Assembly (NCBI RefSeq): GCF_003918875.1
Contig: NW_025767538.1
Span: 186,001-250,000, forward strand
Length of the DNA stretch: 64,000 bases
Reading direction: 5' to 3'
Source: Haliotis rubra
Lineage: Eukaryota
Below the pieces are notes generated by a model. It had not been told where the DNA came from and made no database searches. It was given only the letters and a program-made list of their open reading frames with translations. A program made the translations under genes and the position numbers. How positions within the stretch are numbered: position 1 is the stretch's first letter; every line of letters begins with the position of its first letter. Of the stretch, positions 25,553 to 36,817 are shown piece by piece.

Positions 25553-27763
25553 ATACATGCAAACTGCACAACACCCATGTCATGTGATGAGTAACATACA
25601 TGCTACCTGCACAACACCCATGTCATGTGATGAGTAACATACATGCTACCTGCACAACACCCATGTCATGTGATGGGTAACATACATGCTACCTGCACAA
25701 CACCCATGTCATGTGATGAAGTAACATACATGCTAACTGCACATACATGCTAACTGCACAACACCCATGTCATGTGATGAGTAACATACATGCTACCTGC
25801 ACAACACCCATGTCATGTGATGAGTAACATACATGCTACCTGCATGTGATGAGTAACAACACCCATGTCATGTGATGGGTAACATACATGCTACCTGCAC
25901 AACACCCATGTCATGTGATGAGTAACATACATATACCTGCACAACACCCATGTCATGTGATGAGTAACATACATGCTACCTGCACAACAACCTTATCATG
26001 TGATGAGTAACATACATGCTAACTGCACAACACCCATGTCATGTGATGAGTAACATACATGCTACCTGCACAACACCCATGTCATGTGATGAGTAACATA
26101 CATGCTAACTGCACAACACCCATGTCATGTGATGAGTAACATACATGCTACCTGCACAACACCCATGTCATGTGATGAGTAACATACATGCTAACTGCAC
26201 AACACCCATGTCATGTGATGAGTAACATACATGCTACCTGCACAACACCCATGTCATGTGATGAGTAACATACATGCTAACTGCACAACACCCATGTCAT
26301 GTGATGAGTAACATACATGCTACCTGCACAACACCCATGTCATGTGATGAGTAACATACATGCTAACTGCACAACACCCATGTCATGTGATGAGTAACAT
26401 ACATGCTAACTGCACAACACCCATGTCATGTGATGAGTAACATACATGCTACCTGCACAACACCCATGTCATGTGATGAGTAACATACATGCTACCTGCA
26501 CAACACCCATGTCATGTGATGAGTAACATACATGCTAACTGCACAACACCCATGTCATGTGATGAGTAACATACATGCTAACTGCACAACACCCATGTCA
26601 TGTGATGAGTAATGTGATGAGTAACATATACATGCTATGAGTAACATACATGCTACAACAACACCCATGTCATGTGATGAGTAACATACATGCTAACTGC
26701 ACAACACCCATGTCATGTGATGAGTAACATACATGCTAACTGCACAACACCCATGTCATGTGATGAGTAACATACATGCTACTGTCATGCACAACACCCA
26801 TGTCATGTGATGAGTAACATACATGCTACCTGCACAACACCCATGTCATGTGATGAGTAACATACATGCTAACTGCACAACACCCATGTCATGTGATGAG
26901 ATGACTAACATGCTACCTGCACAACACCCATGTCACCCATGTCACCCATGTGATGAGTAACATACATGCTAACTGCACAACACCCATGTCATGTGTGATG
27001 AGTAACATACATGCTAACTGCACAACACCCATGTCATGTGATGAGTAACATACATGCTACCTGCACAACACCCATGTCATGTGATGAGTAACATACATGC
27101 TACCTGCACAACACCCATGTCATGTGATGAGTAACATACATGCTAACTGCACAACACCCATGTCATGTGATGAGTAACATACATGCTAACTGCACAACAC
27201 CCATGTCATGTGATGAGTAACATACATGCTAACTGCACAACACCCATGTCATGTGATGAGTAACATACATGCTACAACACCCATGTCATGTGATGAGTAA
27301 CATACATGCTAACCATGTCATGTGATGACTAACATGTCATGCTGAGTAACTGCACAACACCCATGTCATGTGATGGGTAACATACATGCAACAATGTCAT
27401 GTGATGAGTAACTGCACAACACCCATGTCATGTGATGAGTAACATACATGCTACCTGCACAACACCCATGTCATGTGATGAGTAACATACATGCTACCTG
27501 CACAACACCCATGTCATGTGATGAGTAACATACATGCTAACTGCACAACACCCATGTCATGTGATGAGTAACATACATGCTACTACCTGCACAACACCCA
27601 TGTCAACAACACCCATGTCATGTGATGAGTAACATACATGCTACCTGCACAACACCCATGTCATGTGATGAGTAACATACATGCTACCTGCACAACACCC
27701 ATGTCATGTGATGAGTAACATACATGCTACCTCCACAACACCCATGTCACGTGATGAGTAACA
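25553..27763. repeat. 43-bp minisatellite starting immediately after the exon 13 donor
   Basis: gcacaacacccatgtcatgtgatgagtaacatacatgctacct. Confidence 0.97.
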
Positions 27764-27769
27764 ACTCAC

Positions 27770-27912
27770 CTTCATCAGTGGCATGGTGGCGCCCCCTAGG
27801 AACATGATCGTAAACAAGACAATGATGAGGGTTGTAGTCACCAGGACATAACGTTTTTCACCCTCAAAGTCCAGATGGAGGCTCAGGGCAAAGGCAATGG
27901 CACCCCTCAGAC
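27770..27912 (-). CDS. SLC9A8: SLC9A8 exon 13 (GLRGAIAFALSL...LGGATMPLMK)
   Basis: tcgcag/gtgagt; GLRGA motif. Confidence 0.96.
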
Positions 27913-28290
27913 CTGCGAACACCAAGATACATCACTCAGCCTGGTAGTACATGGCATACACACAATCTGTCTGGCTTGTAACACACTTTGCTACCTAGTT
28001 TACGTACAATAAATGTCAAAAGAGGACTGGGGTCATGCGAAGCAGCAGGTCAAGTTTGATTGAAGTCTTTATAACGAACACAATGTCTTCCCTGGTTTCC
28101 CAGTGGAACAATGTCAGAACCCAGACAGAAGACAGTCCCCCGTCATTAGCCGTATTTAGTACCGGTATATTCTTCACAAATTAAACATGACATAACTGTT
28201 TCTAATAAAAGCTATTTTTTAACCTTTTTAACCAATGTTCTTAGATTTTACTTAATGGATTTTGCCAGTAAAGAAGCCTCAGTTCCTTAC

Positions 28291-28402
28291 CACTGAACCA
28301 CATAATGAACTGCATCTTGCGTGTGATCTTGTGCTCACGGAAGAAGTTAACAAGGAAAGACAGTGGAAAAATATTGAAAGCTCTTCCCACCAATATCAAT
28401 AC
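28291..28402 (-). CDS. SLC9A8: SLC9A8 exon 12 (VLILVGRAFNIFPLSFLVNFFREHKITRKMQFIMWFS)
   Basis: tttcag/gtaagg; conserved peptide. Confidence 0.96.
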
Positions 28403-28624
28403 CTGAAAGAAAAAACAATACATCCATTACGTGAATCCACATTTAATTAGTGGGGCACCTGGGGAGGGAGAAGGAATGGCCACACCAGTCCCACATAGAA
28501 GGCAATTTCTGGGACACGTGTGTGTGTTAGCATGACTGGGAATGTGTTCTAGTCAAATCTGTCAAATTTAACAGCACTCATTAAAATCAATGATAAACAC
28601 ATAATGTAATTTCTGTAAACAAAG

Positions 28625-29330
28625 TACAACAAGAAGACAAAGTCATCAATATCCCCCTCAATGGCAAAATACTCTTCATGATTATGTCTACGAGTTATGA
28701 CTATGTCAAATATTTAGGTGTGTATATAGAAAAGTGGAAGGAGAGCATTGAAAGGAGCACTATCACCAATTTCAGTCTCAGTTGCCATGGAAACGCTAAA
28801 AATATTTTATTCAGAATTCCAAAACTACCAAAAGGCACCAGTACACCACCAGACCAATCTATGTGCCAAGTTTGGTGAAGAAATAGTGAACAGTTTTAGA
28901 GTTCTGTTCCGGAAAAGAACACAACCACCAATTTCAGTCTAAGTCAAACTTGTTGCCATGGAAATGCCAAAAATATTTTATTCAGAATTCCAAAACTACC
29001 AAAAGGCACCAGTACACCTCCAGACCAATCTATGTGCCAAGTTTGGTGAAGAAATAGTGAATGGTTTTAGAGTTCTGCTCCGGAAAAGAGCACAACCACC
29101 AATTTCAGTCTAAGTCAAACTTGTTGCCATGGAAATGCCAAAAATATTTTATTCAGAATTCCAAAACTACCAAAAGGCACCAGTACACCACCAGACCAAT
29201 CTGTGTGCCAAGTTTGGTGAAGAAATAGTGAACGGTTTTAAAGTTCTGCTCCGGAAAGACAAATGTGCACGGACGGACGGACGGAGTCCATTTTAATACC
29301 CCCCGCAAAACGCGTTGCGGGGCATAACAA
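28625..29330 (-). mobile_element. Non-autonomous Helentron/DINE-1-like element with internal tandem repeats of about 171 bp
   Basis: Subterminal stem-loop ccccgcaaaacgcgttgcgggg, (GGAC)n microsatellite, about 3 internal repeats. Confidence 0.6.
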
Positions 29331-29385
29331 TGACTCCACACTGACTTTATCAACTGACTGGAAGACGAGAAGTTACAGTACTTAC

Positions 29386-29468
29386 TATACTCCATATGAC
29401 AAATGCTGGCTTCACGTTGACTTTAAAACTGAAAATGGCTAACCCAAGATAGGCAAACACACACGTTT
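29386..29468 (-). CDS. SLC9A8: SLC9A8 exon 11 (ETCVFAYLGLAIFSFKVNVKPAFVIWSI)
   Basis: tttcag/gtaagt; ETxVFAYLG motif. Confidence 0.95.
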
Positions 29469-30229
29469 CTGAAAAAGAAAGAAAATCATCTGACTGTTAC
29501 TTTGTGTCCATCTTGATGAGCTATCAAAACAATACCAAGGAAGTGGCATATGGAACTTCGTATTTCTGTCATTACCCCCCTGCTAGTCACAGGTCCTTAC
29601 ACAACTCTGACAGTCTGATACTAGCCTGGTTTGGTCATGTGATCTCCATGACGACTGTAGTGACAGGAGGATAACCATTATATTTATCCTTGACCCACAA
29701 CTACAATCATCTCTCTTTTGACAAGTCATAAATACAAAACAATTATCGGTGTTCCATACTGATTAATATTTTTGCTAGGACTGAATAAATCAATTGTCTT
29801 CCGCTCTGGTGGGTAGTGTCAGTCAGCTGAATCCTAATCAAATGTTATGCTAATACACAGTGTAGGTAGCAGCATCATCACCTGGATACCAGGGACAGAT
29901 GGAACAGCTTGCCTCATCAGGAGTCAGGTTACCGTGACAACTGGCACTGACAGAACACTGAATCCAGGAAGCTGACATAAGACCTGGAAGTCACTGCACC
30001 CTACAGATTCGCTACACTGGTGATTAACAGATTACAGTGGTGATCTACATATTCTCAACATATGAAGTCATCTGGAGATTTTCTACACTGGTGACCTCGA
30101 GATTCTCTACACCAAGAGATCATCTACAGCGTCACCTGCTGTTCTCAATGTTACCTACTATAACGCTGTTCTCAGATTACCGTCTGTAAAAGCACATCTG
30201 TTACAAAGACATACTTGTAATGAAGGGTG

Positions 30230-31991
30230 TGTGCTATAACAACTCATCTGCTATAAAGACTTTACTACTATAAAGATTTATCTGTTATAAAGACTCACCT
30301 CCTATAATGACTCACCTGCTATAATGACTTACCTCCTATAAGAACACCAGCTATAAAGACTCACCTGCTATAAAGACTCACCTGCTATACTGACTTTGTC
30401 GTTGTTGTACCGATTAACGACGAGCGCCAGGCAGGGACCAACAAGTACCATATTTTAACGTCTTTTGGTATGACGCGGTCGGGAAGCGAACCCGCGACCT
30501 TCTGCTCTCCGGGCGGACGCTCTAACCACTAAACCACGGAGGCGGTCACCTGCTATAATGACTCACCTCCTATAAAGACTCACCAGCTATAAAGACACCT
30601 GTTATAAAAACTCTCCTGCTATAGACTCACCTGCTATAAAGACTCACCTGCTATAAAGACTCCCCTGCTATAAAGACTCCCCTCCTATAAAGACTTCCCT
30701 GCTATAGACTCACCTGCTATAAAGACTCCCCTCCTATAAAGACTCCATTGCTACAAAGACTCTCCTGCTATAAAGACACCTGCTATAAAGACTCCCCTGC
30801 TATAGACTCCCCTGCTATAGACTCCCCTGCTATAAAGACTTCCCTGCTATAGACTCCCCTGCTATAAAGACTTCCCTGCTATAAAGACACCTGCTATAAA
30901 GACTCTCCTGCTATAAAGACACCTGCTATAAAGACTTCCCTGCTATAAAGACACCTGCTATACAGACTCCTGCTATAAAGACTCCCCTGCTATAGACTCC
31001 CCTGTTATAAAGACTCCCCTGCTATAAAGACTCCCCTCCTACAAAGACTTCCCTGCTATAGACTCACCTGCTATAAAGACACCTGCTATAAAGACTCCCC
31101 TGCTATAAAGACTCCTGCTATAAAGCCTCCCCTGCTATAAAGACCCCCCTCCTATAAAGACTCCCCTGCTATAAAGACTTCCCTGCCATAGACTCCCCTT
31201 CTATAAAGACTCCCCTCCTATTAAGACTCACCTGCTATAAAGACTCCCCTGCTATAAAGACACCTGCTATAAAGACTCCCCTGCTATAAAGACTCCCCTG
31301 CTATAGACTCCCCTGCTATACACTCTCCTGCTATAAAGACTCCCCTCCTATAAAGACTTCCCTGCTATAGACTCCCCTGCAATAAAGACTCCCCTCCTAT
31401 AAAGACTCCCCTGCTATAAAGACACCTGCTATAAAGACTCTCCTGCTATAAAGACTCCCCTCCTATAAAGACTTCCCTGCTATAGACTGACCTGCTATAA
31501 AGACTCTCCTGCTATAAAGACTCACCTGCTATACTCCCCTGCTATAAAGACTCCCCTGCTATAGACTCCCCTGCTATAAAGACTCCTCTGCTATAGACTC
31601 ACCTGCTATAAAGACTCTCCTGCTATAGACTCCCCTGCTATAAAGACTCCTGCTATAGACTCCCCTGCTATAAAGACTTCCCTGCTATAGACTCCTCTGC
31701 TATAGACTCACCTGCTATAAAGACTCACCTGCTATAGAGACTCACCTCCTATAAAGACTCACCTGCTGTAAAGACTCCTCTGCTATAGACTCACCTGCTT
31801 TAACGACTCACCTGCTATAGAGACTCACCTCCTATAAAGACTCACCTGCTGTAAAGACTCACCTGCTATAACGACTCACTCGCTATAAAGACTTACCTCC
31901 TATAAGGACTCACCTGCTATAAAGACTCACCAGCTATAACAACTCACCTGCTATAATGACTCACCCGCTATAACGACTCACCTGCTATAAA
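30230..31991 (-). repeat. 15-18-bp minisatellite equal to the exon 10 end plus donor (ctttatagcag|gtgagt)
   Basis: actcacctgctataaag units on the plus strand. Confidence 0.95.
30386..30547 (-). mobile_element. SINE family C (V-domain-like), 3'-truncated, inside a minisatellite
   Basis: tRNA head followed by gtcataccaaaagacgttaaaatatggtacttgttggtccctgcctggcg; homologous to 57471-57823. Confidence 0.82.
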
Positions 31992-32098
31992 GGCTATGGT
32001 ACGGAATGTCTGCTGCACGGTGATCTGCGTGACGGCTGACAGGTTGTTATGGGTGTAGTGTGACATGACAATTCCACAGAACAAGATGGCCATGATAC
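31982..32098 (-). CDS. SLC9A8: SLC9A8 exon 10 (GIMAILFCGIVMSHYTHNNLSAVTQITVQQTFRTIAFIA)
   Basis: gttcag/gtgagt; conserved peptide. Confidence 0.96.
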
Positions 32099-32287
32099 CT
32101 GAACAGTCAAACACAGGCAGCTGAAGGAATAATGTGTGTGGAGATGTCGCTGAAGGAACTATAAACATGGTGGTGAATTGGAAGCAAATTTAAGAAAAAT
32201 CCTTTTATAGTTTGTGCATCTCCAGTGCTTGGCAGGATTCCCGATGTTCCTCCATGACCTATGAACACACACAACCTCTATGTTTTA

Positions 32288-32520
32288 CTGGACCCCCAGT
32301 AGGGTGGTGGGGATCTGTTGTACCCTGGTCCCCCAGTAGGGTGGGGATCTGTTGTACCCTGGACCCCCAGTAGGGTGGTGGGGATCTGTTGTACTCTGGT
32401 CCCCCAGTAGGGTGGTGGGGATCCGTTGTACCCTGGTCCTCCAGTAGGGGGGTGGGGAACTGTTGTACCCTGGTTGGGGATCTGTTGTACCCTGGACCCC
32501 CAGTAGTGCAGATCTGTTGT
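32288..32520. repeat. GC-rich repeat of about 37 bp; one further unit at 35157-35192
   Basis: ggacccccagtagggtggtggggatctgttgtaccct. Confidence 0.88.
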
Positions 32521-32767
32521 AAGTTTCAGTATGGTTATCTTTGTACCCTCCCCCAATGTGGACCTATTTGGCATTTTGTGTTGCATTTTGCACCCAAGCC
32601 AACCCTGTGGTCTCAACAATGGATCATAAACCTACTGCCTCCTACACCAGGGACAATCTATTGTTTCTTGATTGCTTTAGAAGCTGTTGTTCATTAATGA
32701 ATTATCTGGACTGTCCCTACTGTTTAACACTCAGCACTTTTAGAGAACGTGGTCTCAACATAATCAA

Positions 32768-32952
32768 GTGAGTGAGTGAGTTTGGTTTTACGCTGTTTTC
32801 AGCAATATTCCTGGACTGCAATATCAGCACTTTTAGAGGCGTTACATAACACCAGAAATGGGCTTAACAATATTGTACCCATGTGGGGAATCGAACCCGG
32901 GTCTTCGGCGTAACGAGCGAACGCCTTAACCACTAGGCTACCCCACCGCCCC
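32768..32952 (-). mobile_element. SINE family A copy
   Basis: tagcctagtgg A-box, ggttcgattcc B-box and (ACTC)n tail on the minus strand. Confidence 0.88.
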
Positions 32953-32967
32953 TTACGCAATCAAGGT

Positions 32968-35157
32968 TTGTCAATCAGAAGAAAAACAAAGAGAGGCAAA
33001 AGAGGTGGCAGAAAAGTTCGTGACAAGATCAAAAGTTTCAATGGAGTTAATTTTAACAATCTGAAGGATATTTCAACAAAAAAACAAGTTTATCTGATCT
33101 CAGAGTTTGTGTCTGGAACGAACGCTCAATCTGCAAGAAAACAAGGCAACGGATATTATGGATCTCATCACTGACAAGGATTTGGATATTGTTTTTATAA
33201 CAGAGTCGTGGCTACATGATCATGTGGATCTCGTCACTGACAAGGATTTGGATATTGTTTTTATAACAGAGTCGTGGCTACATGATCATGTGGATCTCAT
33301 CACTGACAAGGATTTGGATATTGTTTTTATAACAGAGTCGTGGCTACATGATCATGTGCAGAGCTCCAGATAAGATTTAGCTCATGTGGGTACTGTACCC
33401 ACTGTATTTTTTTGGAGTGGGTATTATGAATGTTGAGTGGGTATTTCATTTTCCGTTACCCACTGCTTTCAAATATGTGCGTATTTCAGTCACTTTATTC
33501 ACCTAAGTATTATGTCATTGAGCAAGTTTACTAAGCAGGTATGTTCTGCCTTATGTCATACCTGATCAAAACCAACTTTAATATAATGGAAATGATTTCA
33601 TAAAAAATCACTCATCCCATACTGACAGTACAACACTTGTCCTATACTAACAGTATAACTTGATAGCAATAAATGTCTTTTTCATTACGCAAGTGAATTT
33701 TATAAATATATTCCGTACGCATTTGTTTTAAACTTTTTGCGTATCTACCTTTTTAAATGCGTAATTGGTACGCAACAATTATTTTTCAATGCGTAATTCT
33801 ATGCGTATTTTACCCGGATACGCAGCTTATCTGGGCCTCTGCATGTGGATCTCATCACTGACAAGGATTTGGATATTGTTTTTATAACAGAGTCTACTGG
33901 ACTTGTCTTCAGCTTTCGATACGATCGATAACAACCTTCTTCCAGACAGACTCCAACATCAGTATGGTATCGATGCTGCGGTGGATATCTTCATACAGTC
34001 ATGGAAGATTACAATTTGTAATGATTGGAAATGACAAGTCATCCTCTGTTAACATGCAGTATGGTGTCCCGCAAGGATCGGTTCTAGGTCCAGTGCTATT
34101 CGTCCTCTACTGTGGCAGTACTTCAAGCATCATCTCACAGCACCGTCTCCTTCATCACTCCTATGCTGATGACTGTCAATTGTACAACCAATTTCGTCCT
34201 CAGAACTCACTTGAAGCTCTCCGTGATAAGGCTGATTGCACCAAGTCCTTGAAATCTTGGATGACCACAAACAAACTCAAATTGAACAGCGATAAAACTG
34301 AAGCGATCCTATTCGGAACCAAGCAGCAGCTCCAAAAGGTGGACATACACGCCATTAATGTCTCAGACACAGAAGTCCAGTTAGCAAAGACTGTCAAAGA
34401 TCTTGGTGTCCTGCTGGACCCAACGCTTTCCATGGAAGCTCAGATTAATAACGTCTGCAAGACTTGCTACTGGAATCTCCGAGAGATTGGGAATATTTGT
34501 CCCTTGATCACCGTGGAAGCTGCTAATTGTCTAGCTAGATGCCTGATACTGAGTAGACTTGACTACTGTAACAGCCTCTATGTAGGACTCCCTGATGTCC
34601 TCCTCGACTACTGTAACAGCCTCTATGTAGGACTCTTCCTGATGTCCTCCTCGACAAACTTCAAAAGGTGCAAAATACAGCAGCACGAATCGTGACCCTC
34701 ACCTTCAAGAAATCCCACATCAGTCCTGTTCTTAGAAATCTCCACTGGCTTCCCATAAGAGCAAGGATCCAGTTCACAATTCTCTGTCTGACATATAAAT
34801 CTCTGCACCAGCAATCTCCTCAATACGTATCAGAGCTGATATCAGCCTATGCCCCAGCATGGGAACTAAGTTCTCTACACCAAAACCTACTGACAGTGCC
34901 ACAATACAAACTCAAGTCCTTTGGTCAGAGATCTTTTGAACATTATGCCCCCTACATGTGGAACTTTCTTCCCCAAGATCTTAAACTTTCTCCGTTTGAT
35001 TCATTCAAAGCAAGTCTCAAAACCTATCATTTCCGCCAGTTCTATGAATCATACTAACATTGTCATCATCCCTTCCTATGTACTTTTGATTGTTGCACCT
35101 TGAGCATGCTGCTAGCGTGGAAATGAGCGAAATTATAAATGTGCACTATTATTATTA
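32968..35157 (+). mobile_element. Internally deleted L2/CR1-like LINE (start of APE endonuclease plus RT), interrupted by a MITE
   Basis: DLDIVFITESWL repeated, GVPQGSVLGP, YADD, RLDYCN; (ATT)n tail. Confidence 0.9.
33359..33841. mobile_element. MITE with hAT-like termini and apparent 6-bp TSD (CATGTG)
   Basis: TIR cagagctccagataag / cttatctgggcctctg; the host 66-bp repeat resumes on both sides. Confidence 0.75.
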
Positions 35158-35245
35158 GGGTTGTGGGGATCTGTTGTACCCTGGGTACCCAGAACGTTCC
35201 TGTATCAATGAGTTCCTGAAAATGATGTATGGAAAAGATGCTCAC

Positions 35246-35351
35246 CTGATAGATGGATGCCCTCGGCCAAGCCATATGGCAAATAAGAAAATATAAACAT
35301 CATCCCAAACTCCAAGGAGGGCGTCTTGTGTAGATCAACAAACTTGAGTAA
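35246..35351 (-). CDS. SLC9A8: SLC9A8 exon 9 (LLKFVDLHKTPSLEFGMMFIFSYLPYGLAEGIHLS)
   Basis: cttcag/gtgagc; NHE8-like TPSLEFGMM...YLPYGLAEG. Confidence 0.96.
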
Positions 35352-36105
35352 CTGAAGAGACGCTAAGGACAACAAACTTCTCCCATTCTGTGTCAGTCAC
35401 ACTTGTTTGGCTCACATAGTTGAATCAGTTGGTTGCCCGTCGGTCAAGAGAAAGGGGGTGAATCAGTTGGTTGCCCGTCGGTCAAGAGAAAGTGGGTGAA
35501 TCAGTTGGTTGCCAGTCGGTCAAGAGAAAGGGGGTGAATCAGTTGGTTGCCAGTCGGTCAAGAGAAAGGGGATGAATCAGTTGGTTGCCAGTCAGTCAAG
35601 AGAAAGTGGGTGAATCAGTTGGCTGCCAGTTGTTGGTTGCCAGTCGGTCAAGAGAAAGGGGGTGAATCAGTTGGTTGCCAGTCGGTCAAGAGAAAGTGGG
35701 TGGATCAGTTGGTTGCCAGTCGGTCAAGAGAAAGGGATGAATCAGTTGGTTGCCAGTGAGTCAAGAGAAAGGGGGTGAAAGTGTCTTCAATGAGTTTGTT
35801 AAGCAATTTTCCAGCTATATGATGGCAGTCTTTAAATATTCAATTCGTAGGCAGACAATCCAGCGATTGACACCAAGAGCATCAATCTGTGTGAGTGAGT
35901 GTCTGAGTGAGTGAGTGGGTATGAATACCTGATTTCACAGTTACACGACAAAATGTACTTAAATAGCTTTATAACAGAGCCTTGAGCAAGGTGAGCAGAG
36001 ACCCAAGTACACGTGCACTGCACGGTCTGGCAGGGTCACCTTTGTTGTCATGGTTACACATGAATGACCCGGCATATATATCATTATTGTTCTACACAAG
36101 GATAC
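35352..36105 (-). other. U12-type (minor spliceosome) GT-AG intron of SLC9A8
   Basis: 5' end GTATCCTTGT; TCCTTAGC branch-like motif at 35369-35362, about 12 nt upstream of the 3' AG. Confidence 0.85.
35420..35779. repeat. 38-bp minisatellite inside the U12 intron
   Basis: tgaatcagttggttgccagtcggtcaagagaaaggggg. Confidence 0.93.
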
Positions 36106-36244
36106 CATTGCACTGACAAGGCCACATGCCACCCCAATGGCAGACGATGCAAAGAACATGAGACAGAATCTGCCGACAGCTTGGAAGAAGGCAGCCGCCC
36201 CGCTGGTCACCACCGTACCAGGGGCCGCGAATTCTACGATAGTG
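36106..36244 (-). CDS. SLC9A8: SLC9A8 exon 8 (TIVEFAAPG...FCLMFFASSAIGVACGLVSAM)
   Basis: tttcag acceptor; donor gtatcctt (U12-type); phase consistent. Confidence 0.92.
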
Positions 36245-36632
36245 CTGAAAAACAAAAACATGGAATGTGAAATCCTGAGACTGTGACCCCTTCAGGTAAT
36301 GATTCAATTAACATAGATAACACAACTGTACATGATGGAATCTGGGAGTTTGGCAGAAGAAATTGGCATGACAGTGTCTTGGAGTCACAATGAGGCACAA
36401 CAGGTTTACAATACAATGTCAAATTCATTCAACTAACAACTTCTCACAATGTGCACGTGCAATCTTACATCACTTGGACCCCCCCCATTATTTAACTGAG
36501 AGCTAACAATTAAAGGGTGTGATGCCCCTGACCCCCCAGATATCGCCAAATCTCTGACGAGTGATGCAACTCGGCCCACACATCTCAACAAGTATTGTTG
36601 ATAGAAGGAAGTCGGGAAAGAACTGCACTCAC

Positions 36633-36811
36633 GTTGTCAGCACGATGGAAACTGCATCATTGAGCACACTCTCGCCAAACACCAGCATGTACAGAATGGG
36701 GTCCACATCCAGGGCATGGAAGATAGCAAGGGTAGCCACCGGGTCCACAGCCGAGATCAGGGACCCAAACGCAAAACTCTCGATGATGTCCAACTTGAAC
36801 GCCACATCTGC
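36633..36811 (-). CDS. SLC9A8: SLC9A8 exon 7 (ADVAFKLD...[17 protein letters not shown]...[15 protein letters not shown])
   Basis: tcacag/gtgagt; ISAVDPVA and GESVLND ion-binding motifs. Confidence 0.97.
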
Positions 36812-36817
36812 CTGTGA

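Noticed and set aside
32860-32952. tRNA-like A/B boxes (also at 17058, 30480, 57750, 58625)
   Set aside because: These are SINE heads continuing into SINE bodies and tails; no convincing cloverleaf.
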